From Amoebophrya sp. A120 (Eukaryota; Protista; Dinoflagellata): 64,000 nucleotides of DNA. The position numbers were made by a program, and so were the translations under genes. Under the pieces are notes generated by a model, which worked only from the letters and a program-made list of their open reading frames with translations, was not told the origin of the DNA and made no database searches. The stretch is from the NCBI GenBank assembly GCA_905178155.1, contig CAJINV010000004.1, positions 5,868,828 to 5,932,827 on the forward strand, given 5' to 3'. How positions within the stretch are numbered: the stretch's first letter is position 1; every line of letters begins with the position of its first letter. This document shows positions 36,722-49,866 of the stretch, in pieces.

Positions 36722-39700
36722 GCTGATGTTGCTGCTGTTCTTTGGGATGATATTAGAGGTGAAGACAGTAGTGGTCGTGTGGTTTTTATTCACTACTTTG
36801 ACTTTCTAGTCCGGGATAAGCTTTAATATAAGTCTGAAAAGCGAACATCGAGGGGCACTTCAACGACTGTCAAAAAGCTGTTCAGTTTCTTATGTTTGGT
36901 CGTTGAGAAGAACGTCAACGTCTTCGAGACGTCGATAGCGGGCCGTGCCTAGACCACCAACTAAAAAGTGAACACTACTTGCGGAGAACGAGAAGGAGAG
37001 CTTCTGTTGTGCTGTAGGTGTAGCTGCCTATCAAGGGTTCTTTATCGAAGCTTCATCTTGAACCAGATTTATGTACAGGTTGTACTAGTTTTCCCCTGCA
37101 GCAAGCTATCTAAAGCGTGTTGGTGTTCTTCTTGACCACCGCAAGATAGAAATCCTGATCCTCCTGCGCCGCCCGTAGTTCGTCTTTCGATCGTTCCTTC
37201 TTGTCTATGAAAATGCACAAGAACTACACCCCTCTCTACAATTTCGTCGATCATGCAAAATGAAGTTTGATGTATTTGCTGCCTTATGTCGGCACTGTTA
37301 TTTCGATTTGTGTGTGAAATTCATCTGTGCAGCCGAGCCCAGACAGTATCTTCAGCACAATCGGTGCAGAAAGAACTTGTCATGCGCAGGCCGGCGCTTC
37401 ATGTCCTTCATGGCCAGTAGCGATTCAGTCTCATTGTATTGCTGTCCATGCCCTATGTGTACCTAATCAAACGGAAACGACGGGGAGCAGGAGAAGGTGG
37501 CGTGCGCTCGTTTCATACCATCCGCGAGAAATACAGCTGCGCCAGCGGGGGCTGCGGGGTTGATCATGTGGTCTCTTCTCGGTCTACTACTACTGCTAGC
37601 GTAGTTCTTCGCGGAGGTTGTTTTTTTCACGTCCACCAGGCGGGAAGATGAAAACGAGTTAGACTCCTGTTTCCGACTTCTGGGGCCTGTTTCTTGTATC
37701 TGTTTCTGTTCATCTTCTGAAGCAGGATTTCTTTGCACCTGCAACTGCTGGTAGTTTGGCTTGACCTCCTGTTGAACGTGAACGTCGTCATGGTCGACAC
37801 CGACAAGAAATGACCACGACACCGACACGACTGAGCATACGAGCGATAGGCATAGGCCCAGCTGTTCGTTGTCGTATTGGGGGCCACTGACTTCTATCTT
37901 GCCATAAACGAATCGAACAACCACAACTTTTCTTCGCTGCGAAGATGATTCAAGACAACGGCCAAAACGGCAGCTGCACATTGTATAAATAATTGCCTCA
38001 CCACCACAAACAAGTACACGTCCACCACCTCGTCGTGAAGGAGTTCCAGAAATACAAATACACCATTTCCTCAAGTTATCATCCAGACTTTTCAACTAGT
38101 ACATCTTGATCCAAATTTATCAACTCATCATACAGGTTGTACTAGTTTTCCCCTGCGACAACCGTGGCAATGTAACGCGAAGGCTGCAGCACACTCCCAT
38201 TTTCGGTGGTGATTCTGTACCTGTTCCTCCTAGTGGCCCACTGCCCCGCCCCTCACGCCTAAAATGCTAAGCCTAAAGGTCGGGAAATCTCAATTCACAC
38301 TTGTGAGTTTTGAAGAAGCAACCTTTGGGACGTCGAAGTGCCACGACGTGCATGGCTGGGCGCGGCGGAATGTTGGCTGTGCGTAGGCTCTTTTTGGAAG
38401 TATTGCTGCAGGAGGAAGGCAGAGAAGGGGGCAGTTGCCGACCAAATCGCGCCCTTGCTCTTCTACGTCTTTACTACGATATAAATACACAAGCGCGGCA
38501 TCTATGCAGAAACTACCCCCAGGCAAGCCCTCTGATATGCTTGGCCGCGCTTTTTGCGTAGCTGCAAGCCTTTTCCCTTCCCCCTGCAGCATGCTTCTTT
38601 GTGGCTTTTTCTTTCTATATCAAAAAGTCTTTTTGGTAGTGTCGGCGTGGGTTTGGAAACAGTGTGGCAGCGTGATTCCTGAGACCTTAGAGGGGTAAGG
38701 CAAAAACCCTCTTGCACAGTCGAGCATAGGCGTAAACTTCAACACCGCAGCAACTCAAGGAAGGGGACAGAAGCTGGGTGAAGAAATTCACACCCGAACC
38801 TTAGGTCTCCTATTTTGGGTCCATTTGTAAAGAAGTAACTAGCTACGTAAAGAGGCCTTCTTTAACGTTAGGAGTCACGCCCTAGCGACGTCATCATCTT
38901 TGCCCTTCTTTTTTTTTATATTTAATCCCGCCAAAAAAAGAACATGTGAGCTAGTAACAGATAGAGAACGTCGTTGAGTCTGTTGGGGCATCAGGCGTAG
39001 TGGACATCTAAGCTACCTACTCCACTACCCCATCCTTTGCCCCAACTGTGGAATCTGTTTGGTTTTGTGTGTTGCTTTAGCCAATCGAACAACGAGCGCT
39101 AACGCTGTAAAACCGCGATACGCAAACAGATACCGAAATCGAGACTCTCTATCCTGCTCAGCTAGCCCTCCCCATAAAATATCTAGAGCTGCTGGCTCAC
39201 GTACAACGATAGATCGTGTTTTAACAAAGGTGACATCTCGTCGACGTCGTCCACCATCTCCACCCAGAAAACCGAAAAATGCTGCGCCACTGCAGAAGGT
39301 GGAGGCACGATCATGGTTCAAAATCATTTTAAGTACTTCTCAAGTGCTGGCACCGTTTCAAAATCATTTTAAATTTATCAACTCATCATACAGGTTGTAC
39401 TAGTTTTCCCCTGCTGCAGCAAGCACGCAAGACTTTTTCATCAACCACGCGTAGCTGCCTACTCTCACAACAGAAAAACGAAACTGCGTGCGCTTATTTT
39501 CTGTTTTCTTCCGATGTTTGTTCATTGTAAGGACGGCGGTCATGATGAGTACCAAATCAATCCTTGCACCATAAACATAATATCGTCTATCACAAATATG
39601 TTCTACTTGTGCATGATAAGATGATAGAAGGGAACAATTTCACAGAGATCTTCCTCTATATCGTACATTCTGAATAATTTATAAACAACTCCTCCACGAC

Positions 39701-39892
39701 GACCACGACCTCCAACACCACGCCTGAGCGAGCAGGACGTGACGACCCCACCGATATTACCGAAGAAAATGAAGTGAAAAGAAAAACTAGATACTTGTAC
39801 ATTCGTTGTCGCTCTTGTACTAGTGCGTTTAGTTTTAGAATGGAATCACAATCATTCATTCTCGTCAAGATCAACTTGTATCAAATTTTTGT

Positions 39893-42800
39893 TCAATAAA
39901 ACGCCGAGGCAAGGTAGACCACAAAACCAAGCAACATCCCAATCGTCCAAGCATGAATCGATGGAGCACGACCACGCCCCGTCGCTGCCGAGGTTTCCGC
40001 CACTGCTTGACTGACGGCGGCGCCACCGGAACTGTCTACCTGCTGTCTGCACACTTGTTCCCGGAGCGACCAGCGGCAGAGCTCGAAAGCGTGGTATTGT
40101 GAGGAAAAATCCCCCCTCCCCATATTGCAAGCGCATCCGTCTGACAATTTGTGATGCAGATTTGTGGCCACAAATCCTGTCTGTGTTGCAAGAAGGCAAA
40201 GCCAGAGAGTCCGCCGCGCTATGCAGGCGGTTTGTGATGCTGTTGAGCTTACAGCATAGACGTTTGTCATGCTAGTCGCCTACGTCAAAACCTCTCGACT
40301 CAGGCTTAGCATATGTCTGCAGTCCTCTCCAGCAAGACAGACCTGGTTTGTGTACGCAAATCCAGCATTAGAAACTTCGTTTCGATATGGGGAGGGGGGA
40401 TTTTTCCCGTTGGTACGTGGCCCTGCAGGGTCACGTGGATGAAGGGGTTGAACGGCTTCAAAATCGCCAGAATGTGCTCGGTATGCATTGCAAAAGTATC
40501 GCACTAGTATAAATCGCATGACAAATTAGCTGAGCATGAGAAACGGAATTCGTCATGCTGATTTGCCTTGGGATGGCGATTTGTAATGCATGACTGCGAT
40601 TACTACAATTACGATACTTTTGCACTTGATACTCGGCGCGACTGCAAACGTAGGGCTTCAGCAGGTCCGTCAGCGAACTCGTCGAGCTCATGAACTGCCC
40701 GATGTAGTTGGTCATGCGCTTTTCGAACACGTCGTCATAGTCGCGGCAGGCCTCGCAAACCCTCCCCCCGTGGTCGTAGTGCACCCAAGTGTTCGCCGGG
40801 ATGACGGTCAACGGGCAGTGCGCGGGGCACAGGTGCTGCGATACCTCCGTTGCGTTTAAACCCGGGAGTTCGCTGTTCTGGATGCACTGGTTTCCCTGAT
40901 TATTCGGCGACACCGTGGACGCGAGAGTCGCCGTAGTGCCCGTGTCCGGTAGTGCGCTGCAGAGCATGCGATCCGCTCCTATCAAATGCAAAAATTTCTG
41001 GGTCTGGAAACTTGTGATGCTAAAAGTGAATGGTAGACGGACTGCAGTACGCAGCTATGCATGACAAATTTTTTTGCTCCCATGTCTTACGTATTCCGCA
41101 TGAGAAACTGCGTTTTTCCATGACAGTTAAGAGGGCCTTTTCGTGCCTATGCAAAACAGATTCTCAAGTCATGCGAGACAAGCATGACAAACTTGCATTC
41201 TTCCAGACCCAGACACTTTTACAATTGATAGCTCCCAGCTTCTGACAACTCGCGGAGTTCGGGTGCTCCAGGCAGGAGCAGTGGCTTGGGCACCCCGTTG
41301 CGGTCGTCACGGAGTCGATCCTTTTGCATATGCATCGCAAAACAAGTTGTACCACTCCCAGATGCTTACACTTACTCGTAGGGATAATGGCAGTCGTCCT
41401 CTTGCACGACGCGCATGACAAATGTGCTTTTCAATCTGAAGCTGAAGATTCTGCCTCCTTTGCATCACAAACTCCGTTCTGCACTCTGAAGACATGTTGT
41501 GCGAGGACGATGCAAACACCAGTTCTAGATGTTGTACGGTTACAACTTTTTTATCAGCATATTGCAGCAGTGGCTGCAGCTGCGGCAAAATCTTCGATTC
41601 TCGACTGTCGTCTGCCACACCATGTCCTTGCTGAACCACGTCGCTGTGTCCGCACAGTACTCGAAGGGGAGACAGTCGGCGTGACCGCTGCACTGGTTCT
41701 GCTTGTCGGGTAAGGCGGTTTTGTAGGTGCTGGGCGTCGCGGCGCACACCGCCGTGCTGGTTTCCTTGTCCGGCACGCGGACCGGAAAGTGTTCGTTTTT
41801 CGCGCCCGCGTACGTGTGCCGGCCGGACCGGAGGCAGCTCCACAGGGATTTTTGCTCCTTGCCGATGGCGCAGTAGTGGGAACAGAGTTTGGCTTCTTCT
41901 TCCTCGTAAAAAGCGGCCGCAAACGTATCGATCGCTGCGTTTCGAGTGGCCAGGTCGCTGAGATAGGAAGAATGGGACGGCAAAATGCTGTCGGGACACC
42001 AGCCCCGGTAGGCGAGCACGGAGCAGTCGTCCGTGATGTTCAACGAGGCACAGGTTTCGCAGGGCACGTACTGCTGCCACAGCCGCTCCGTGTGCGAGCA
42101 CTGCTTGCAGGCGCTTTGCATTTCGCTGACCAGCGTTTGCTTCGGGCGGATCTCCAGTCTCCCGCCGTAGGTGGAGAAATCCGTCGGACTGGCCGACTGA
42201 CCCGCGAACAAATCGCCGTCATTGGCCAGAGTCCAGGCCGGTTTCTTCACGTAGTACCCCTTCGTTTCCGGCACGGCTTTTTCGCAGAACTTCTCGCAAT
42301 ACTTATCCTGAGTAAAAACGTACCCACACCAGAGTCAGGATGAGGATTTTGCAACACAAGCCTAGGAATTTTGTGAGTCACGCATGACAAGTTGCACTAT
42401 GCAGTGTAGTGCAGGTTAGCAAGTGCAGCCGCGTCACAAATTCATCTGCTCATCCTGTTCACAGCATCACAAATTCCAAAACACGATTGGAAATGGCTCT
42501 CATGGGGATGCGCATTACAAGTCTTCCTGTCTTTGCAAATCTGCATTACAACTGTGGTGTGGGTACGTTTTTGCACAGGATAGTACTGCCGAGACTTTTC
42601 CCGGTACGCCGGCAGCCAGGTACGGTCGTCCAGCGAGAAGGCACAGGTTCCGTGCCCCAGGCTCGGCTGGCGCGGGTAGTACTGCCACAGCGCAAAGCAC
42701 ATTTCGTCGTTGGATCCGTCCCCGTACGACATGGTGTAGTGGCGCTTGGAAAAGTCCCACGTGCACCGTACGTAGGTACCGTGCTTGCCCCGCTCGATCT

Positions 42801-45323
42801 TCAGCTCCGACTCCACGAGTATGGGATTCTCAAACGTTACATTCTCAACTGTTGCATGAATTTGTCATGCAAAATGACCATGAGCCACCAGACGATCGAG
42901 CTGCTTCGCATGACAAGTTCTCGAATGGCGAAACAGCGTCTAAATCTGTACCAAATCTGTCATGCAAGACGCGCAAGCTCCCTCCTTTCGTTTTTGCCAT
43001 TCTTGCATGACAAATTCATGTAACGCTTGAGAATGTAACGTTTGAGAACGCCATAACGAGCTTTTGATGGTTGTAATCGTACAGGTACTGTGGCTATCCA
43101 ATGCAAATATGTCTGGGTCGTCTGGAGACTTGTGATGCAAGAAAGGGTATAATGAGCACACTGCAATGGTGGGCTGGCAAGCATGACAAGTTTTTCCGTG
43201 GTTCTGAGTTGCGTGCTCCGCATGAGAAACTGCGTTTTTGCATGACAGGCAAGAGGAGCGTTTCGCTGCCACGCAAATCGGAGTTTAGGGTCATGCCAGA
43301 CCAGCATGACAAATCTCGCAATCTTCCAGACCCAGACATATAATTTGCAATGCATAGGGGCCCCGGCTGCAGGGCCGCAGTGAAGGAGCTGTTCGTGCTG
43401 GAGGATACAACCTCCGAGAAAACCGAGCGCTCCAGCTGGATCAGTCCCGCTTCGGACCGTTGCGTATCGAAGTGACCGTGGTAGCCGAGCTGCAGCACGG
43501 TCAGCTCTTTCGCCTCCAGCATGTCTTCGATGCAGGTAGCCGGGCAATAGTGGGTGAAGTGGTAATTCGGATGGAGTTTGGAATTGCCCAAGCCCTGTGA
43601 TGTGCGAAAAATTTTTCGAAGTATGATATTGCTTCATAAAGAACATCTACATCTGTTGTGCAGCACTGCACACTGCAGATCAGGACTCGATGTATTTTCT
43701 ACGAAATTAATAGTGATCCACATCCAACAAGTTCATCTTGATCTTGTCCTCGGCAAACATTTTTACCTGGTAAAACAGGTCGCCGAAGAGCCAGATATCG
43801 GATTCGTACTTCGGCCTCAGTCCGCTGGCGAGTGTCAATGCGGTGAAGGTGAAGCCGGACGCGTCTTTCTGGTTCGGGACCAGATTTGGATTGTAGTAGT
43901 GCATGTTGAGGGCGATCACCTCCTCCCGCTCCCCCAATTTGAAGGCCACGTCGTTCGGAAAGGTGATCCCGTTTCCCCCCACCGCCCAGGCAAGAATCAA
44001 TCGGTCGCAGGTTTCCACCATGAGGACGTCGTACACCGTCGCGGGCAGGGTGTCGTGGGTCAAAGTCGGACACGAATAGAGCACGATATCAAATGTAAAA
44101 ATGTCTGGGCCTGGAAAAGTGCAAGATTTGTGATGCAGGTTTTCCATGACCCATGAGGTCTGGAATGCGAGACCCAGCATGACAGATTTTTTGAGGTCTC
44201 TAGCGTGCCTTTCCTGCATGAGAAACTCCCTCTCAACTTGGTCAAAAGCGGACAGCTTTTGGTACTCACGCAACACAGATTTTTGCATCGTTCAGATTTA
44301 GCATCACAAGTTCCAATCTTCCAGACTCAGACATTTTTACAATTGATACACGATGTGGTGAAGCAACGCCTGGTTGTCGATGAGCGGCTCGATCTTGGTG
44401 ATCCACCGAGGCGAGGGCTTGGGGCCCTCGGTCGCCGGGTTGTAGTCCGTGAAAATCTGCTTCGTGGACAGAAACGCCGTGACGTACTGGTTTTGCACCG
44501 ACACGGATTTTACCAAGTGCTCCGTTTTGATTTCCGCCTTTGCCGTGACGTCCACCCCGTGGTGCGCCCGCACTGGGTAGTCGATGGTATTGCTGTAAAC
44601 GGGCACGGCGGACCGAGTCCAAAAGTCGCACATGGTAGATCCGCGCTGGTTGGAGCTGTGCATGCTGTGTCGGGAGGAAGTAGTACTACTAGAAGAAGTT
44701 CCGGTCGTGCTATCTGTATCCGACGCCGTCCCGTAAGCCCATAGACAGAAGTTAGCCTCGTAGGGGTTTAATTTCATGTCGAAGAAGTCGCAGGTGTCTA
44801 ATCTTCGCTTCACCACGATCTCTAACTTGCTCGTGTCCTCCGTTTGCGAGACGATCACGTAGTCCTGCTGCTTGTCCTCGAAGGGCCGCCCGTAGTCGTC
44901 GCTGTACCGGTCCGAGGCCACCCAACTGGTTTGCCCACTCGGCTTTGTCAACATCAGAAAGTCCGCGCCCCGCATGCCGCCGGACAGCCCGATGCCCAAA
45001 CCCAGCCATTTGTTCACGAGCAGATTCGGCTTTTGCACCAACAACGTGAACTGGAACTCCGGTGGACTTGTGGGTGGCGAAGTGGGGTTCATTTTGTTGA
45101 ACAAAAGAAAATATTCCAGGTCCGCCGATAGCTGGACGCAGCCGGTTTTTCCGCGGGTGGTCTTCAAGTTGTCGCATGGGTCGGTGGTGGGGGGCACGAC
45201 GGCGAAAACAGAGGTTGATCCTGTTTGAAGTTCGGGGTTATAGAGGAACGCCAGAAGCAACGTCTTCAGGAGGCCGGAGCGAGGCAAATGGAGGAACGGG
45301 GGTAGAAGTTTCAGCCGCGTCAT
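39893..45323 (-). CDS. DOMON + copper type II ascorbate-dependent monooxygenase (DBH/MOXD1-like) with Cys-rich extension and C-terminal hydrophobic tail
   Basis: DOMON motifs WLGLG..GGMRGADF and RRLDTCD; catalytic motifs HHIV, AWAVGG, MHYYNP, HGH, YDYNHQ, DEMC. Contains 8 introners and a GT-AG intron at 43595-43766. Confidence 0.85.
40095..40415. mobile_element. Introner family H (TIR ...GGAAAAATCCCCCCTCCCCATAT), 321 bp
   Basis: TSD cgtgg/cgtgg. Confidence 0.87.
40482..40631. mobile_element. Introner family A, 150 bp
   Basis: TSD ctcgg/ctcgg. Confidence 0.9.
40980..41230. mobile_element. Introner family B, 251 bp
   Basis: TSD gctcc/gctcc. Confidence 0.9.
41329..41561. mobile_element. Introner family G (degenerate TIR TATGC...AAGTTGTA), 233 bp
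   Basis: TSD ttgca/ttgca; frame restored (HCC|KRID). Confidence 0.8.
42304..42582. mobile_element. Introner family F (TIR TATCCTGTGCAAAAACGTACCCACACCA), 279 bp
   Basis: Imperfect TSD atact/gtact. Confidence 0.85.
42820..43055. mobile_element. Introner family E, 236 bp
   Basis: TSD acgag/acgag. Confidence 0.9.
43095..43356. mobile_element. Introner family B, 262 bp
   Basis: Imperfect TSD gtggc/ggggc. Confidence 0.87.
44087..44348. mobile_element. Introner family B, 262 bp
   Basis: TSD cacga/cacga; restores HHIV|LYSC. Confidence 0.9.
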
Positions 45324-46585
45324 TTTTGTTTTTCACGGAGCGTTGGGGTCGGAACGAAGAGGACTTGGTTACGCTTTGCCCTTATATTTATTGAGTTGGT
45401 CAACGTCAATATGGTTAAGCTTATTTTTTTGACCAGTGGCAAGGATAAACAGTAACAAATTGAGCTTGTGTCATCCTAAAAAACCGTCACTTCTTTTTAC
45501 AGCATGGCAAAGAGAAAGACATTACTAGTACAGCTCGTATGTAGCAGTTCCAGGGCGTTCCTAGTACGGTACAAGCGGCTTACTTCGGAAAACTAAAGCG
45601 AAGTACAGACTATGCGTTTGCGTTCACCTTTTATTTCCTTATCCTTGACCTTGTCCTTTCTTCGTTTTGGTTTTCTAGATGACAGAGCGGGTACAGATAA
45701 CGGGCGAGTGGGTGGGGCACAACGAGTACTGCACTGTTCTCATCAGGGACCCATACTCATAAACTGCAACTGGGCGTTATTTGGCGTTTTTCTATCAGAG
45801 CGATACGACCTACCCGCGAGAGAAAGACCTGTTCGCTATGTAACGCCTCCTGAGAGAAATGTTGAGAAAAAAAGAACCGACCTTGACCGAAAGTTGACGA
45901 TCGGTGAGGCTGTCTCACGCGTCAATACAAGAAATCGCATTTCTTCTTGACCCCTGTGGCAGTTGTGTGGGTAATATGTAGATGGCGGTCTGGTGCTAAG
46001 ACTGCACGACAACACGGGCGAAAAAAACCACCGACATCGATATCGACTGTGCCCCGTCTTTGTGGACGACACTTCTGTAAATTCTGGTTTGCCGGCGAGC
46101 TAGTCCTGCTCCCCCCGAACACAGTTACTATACTTCGGCGCCACGTCTCGCTGAGCCGCGGACGACTTTGCTCCTTGGAGAGGTGCACCGCTTGAGATGA
46201 CTCGCGAAGCCAACATGAAAAATTTACGAGAGGCTGGAGTATTTTCTTCCACATGCAGCGTTCAATCCGTATGATCTAATCCAAATATGGTACAGTGTAA
46301 ATTGCGCAGAGGCATTTGTCAATTAGCCAGTCTTATGGTACAAGTTTTTAGTGTCAGACAGTTGGATAGAAGTTAGTAGTCAAGTAAAGTTGTTCAGTCG
46401 AAAAATTTGTAGCCTGAAATTGTATATCTGTTTCTGTTTGCGATTAAGTGGTAGTAAAAAAATAGGTCAACACGAATAAATTCAATCATTCCACCACGAC
46501 GCTTACTTAGTTAGTGGAACGAAAGTATTGGGATGAAAAGCATTTCGCACATTGAAAACGAAGGTAACCTGACCTTCCTCCCCTC

Positions 46586-47961
46586 TCACACCACCAAGCT
46601 CTCTTTCCCGTACTTCGAGTAGCCTTCGGCGGCGAGGTAGCGCCTGGGAAAACCGGTGTAGTCGCTTGGACAGTAGCGGAAGGGCACGTCGAGGGCGGCG
46701 CCGAGGTTTTTTCGCGTGTCGTACTTCATGGTGCGATACCGTGTCATAAACGCGCCCGCCTGGTTGTTTCCGTACATGGTGAAAGGCCCGCCATTTCTTT
46801 CCCCCGTGATCCGGGGATCCCAGTTCTCGATTAGTCGGCCTGTTGTAGTTCATTTTTTTGTTCATGCTGGTGTGTTAAGCTTAAGTACAGAATCATGTTC
46901 ATGCGCACCAACACCATCATGTCATGAGATCCACTAAAAACAAAGTTACAGAGGTATAGTCTAGGATTGAGGGCGTGTCGCGTAGTTGATCAACATGATC
47001 TACATCTTATTGATTTCCAGACTCTGTACCGAATTTCTCAAACGCGTTGAGCGGGACCGGCATGCCACTCGGTTGCCCCGCTGCTGTTATCGCAGGATTT
47101 TCTCTTCGCAGAAATTCCCTGTTGTTGGTCCACCCTTCTCCCCACGTCTGCGCGAAGCACTGCAGGTGCGGCTCTGACCTTGACTCGCGGATGAAGGGGC
47201 GCGATATGAAAGCCTCAGGTTGGAAATCCTCAAAGTGGAAATAATTTGTGATGCAAAAAAACGATTCCAGTTGAAGTGGCATTTGTAGTCGGCGCACGAC
47301 AAATTTCCCAGGCGCTTAAACCATGTCTGTTATGCAGGCTAAGGCAACCGGGTGCCCTTCTGTCGTGCTAAGCAGCACTCCAATTCTTCACCCCTAGCAG
47401 GACAATAGTCGGCCTCCATTAGTCGGCCTCCATTGCGTCCTCTGCAATACAGTCTTTTTTGTCTTTGTGTCGCACTTTATGCGTCGCAGATTATTTCCAC
47501 GTTGAGGATTTCCATTCTGATGCTTTCATACGCGAAGCGTTCGTTGGTAGCGTCCGGTCCCAGTAATCACGCATCGCCATCCTGTTCTCGAGCGGAACGT
47601 AGCTGCGCGTCACGTCGATTACCTGAGGGTGTAAAATTGTGCACCTCCACCACCTTTTGTTTCCATCGTTGTTCCGACGGCGTAGCCAGTACTGAGTGTG
47701 AGTACCTCCAGTAGCGAGCCGAGATACATATTCGCTGATTTGAGGCAGACATATAGTAAAAGCAAAGCTGTGTCTGAAGAAGTAGACTCGACCGCGATAT
47801 CGATCACGCCACACGCGTACAGAAAACGAAGACCACATCTCATCATTTTCCGCACAAAAAAATACAAATACTCGGGTTGTTCTCGGATGGTAAGGTGCCT
47901 CGGTCCCGTTGGCGCTTGTTGCGCCGTACCACTGCGACGTAAACTTGTCAATGCCCTTCAT
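46586..47961 (-). CDS. Hypothetical protein (gene 5), 5' end uncertain
   Basis: Frame restored across introner 47205-47530 (NASR|PFIRES) and GT-AG intron 46840-47029 (EKFG|RLIENWDP). Confidence 0.6.
47205..47530. mobile_element. Introner family D-like, 326 bp
   Basis: TSD cgcga/cgcga. Confidence 0.9.
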
Positions 47962-49866
47962 GTTTTGTTTTTTCTGAAGATACTACCTGCACTGTCTTGT
48001 GAGTCCTCCCCTGTATCAATACTTGTACTTCCTGTTCCCAAACAAAAACGGACTGTCTGTAGAAAGTTAGTACAGTGTGTACTAGTTCTAGGTCTTGATC
48101 AACAATGCGGTTGTTCGTCCAAAAGCCCGAGTCAGACGAGAGCACTGACTACGCTACGCAAAATGCGTCCGAACTTCTAGTTGCACAACTGTCGCAAGTA
48201 GAGGGGGAACTAACCACCTTACAAAACCAGAGGGCGTGGCGAATTCCGTATAGCGGTAGTTACTTACTCTTGGGGTCGTAAAACGATTCAACTTCGCGGG
48301 GGTACTACATTCTTCAAAAATGAAGTCGAATCACCTAGGCGTACCAATCACGATAAATCAGAGGGCGACCCTGAACCAAGCACGACGAGCGACAAATTTG
48401 CTACGGCGACCCCACGATAGGACATACCCCTGGGCTTTTTCCCCTTTTTTCCTTCACGAATATTCAAGTCGTCAACATCAAGATGTTTTCATTTTTCGGA
48501 CCGATAGCATATTTGACACGACGAGAAGGAATACCTCTTGGAGGTAGTGATAGTGTACAAGTCACATACAGATTGTGGTCGAACACTCTGAAGCTCCACT
48601 GCCACGATGCAGTGTTGTTTGTTCTGTCGAGTCAGTGACATCGCTTTTGTGAGTCGTAGATTTCGTTTCATCGTTTTTGTGAATAAAACGTAGAGCGAAA
48701 AAGGTTTTTAGCGGACAGTCGCTTGCAGTCTCTTGACGAATGCAACGAGTGAGATTTGGATTAGCAGAAGCGATAAAAAATATCACCACTATTAACCCAA
48801 AGATCAAATCGGTACATCGACAGATTAACAAAAGTCGTGTAATAGAAAAGTCGAAAACGTAGAAGTACAGAGGAAGAGACAGCGTCAGATGTGACCTGTT
48901 GATAACAAGGCAGCAGCGTCCTGGCAATACATGGCGAGAATTAAGCACCAGATTGTATTGGAGTTCAGCAACAAGAGACGAGGCTGTTAGAACTTCTTAC
49001 ATTCGCAGCGTGCAAAAGTGCGACTCCGGAACGGAAAACTTTTCATCCGCGACTGTGTTCGCTAAAACAGCTCGTTCCTGTCTAACAAAAAAGCAGTTAT
49101 AGCCTACATATAGCCGGAAGCATCTACTAACCCCGTATCAACAACAGCCCCTAGTAGATCAGCGTCTAGCGCTTCAATTCCCCTGTATTATGGCAGAGCG
49201 AAAATTGTCGATAGAGTCGTGTCAGGTGGTGAAAAGGACATCATAAAATGGAAAAGGTTTTCGTTTGGAATTATTTCTTCGAAAGAACCACACGACACGC
49301 GATGATCTTACGTGAAGATTATGCGCAGTGTCAAATAAGATAATATCGATTATACTCGGTAGTCGTAGTAGATCCTTATCCGGAAAACAAAATCGAAGCC
49401 GCTTGTGATGACATCTTCACATACTTTACTGTGCTGGGAGATAGTCGTGACAAAAGTTGTTTCATTGAAAAACAGTGTGAGATGAAAGGTGGAGCGTAAG
49501 TGTCGGAAAATTTTCGCACAGTCGACAGTCTCCCAGTGGTGCGAGCTTCCTGTGACATTTTCTTTCGTGAGTGTAGTCGATTTGACGTCGAAAAAATTTA
49601 CGTTTTTACAGAGATACAGGAACAATATTCCAAAAAAGTACATTGGTATTGCCGTGCTGGAGTTTATCTCGATATTGGGGTCTGACAATTTCATACAGAT
49701 GTAGTAGTCGAGTCACCGATTTTCACATACAGTGTACTTTTCCAACAACATCGTGAGGCGAGCTTTCTTCGCCAGTCACGGGCCGGCCAGCACAGGACGG
49801 CCCATGAGCAAGGAGATGAAAAACCCTAATTACTTGTGATCACATATAAGTAATACAACACATCGT

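Noticed and set aside
37074-39414. CRISPR-like array or C/D snoRNA cluster
   Set aside because: Copies are more than 1 kb apart in a eukaryotic context, and I saw no consistent box D downstream.
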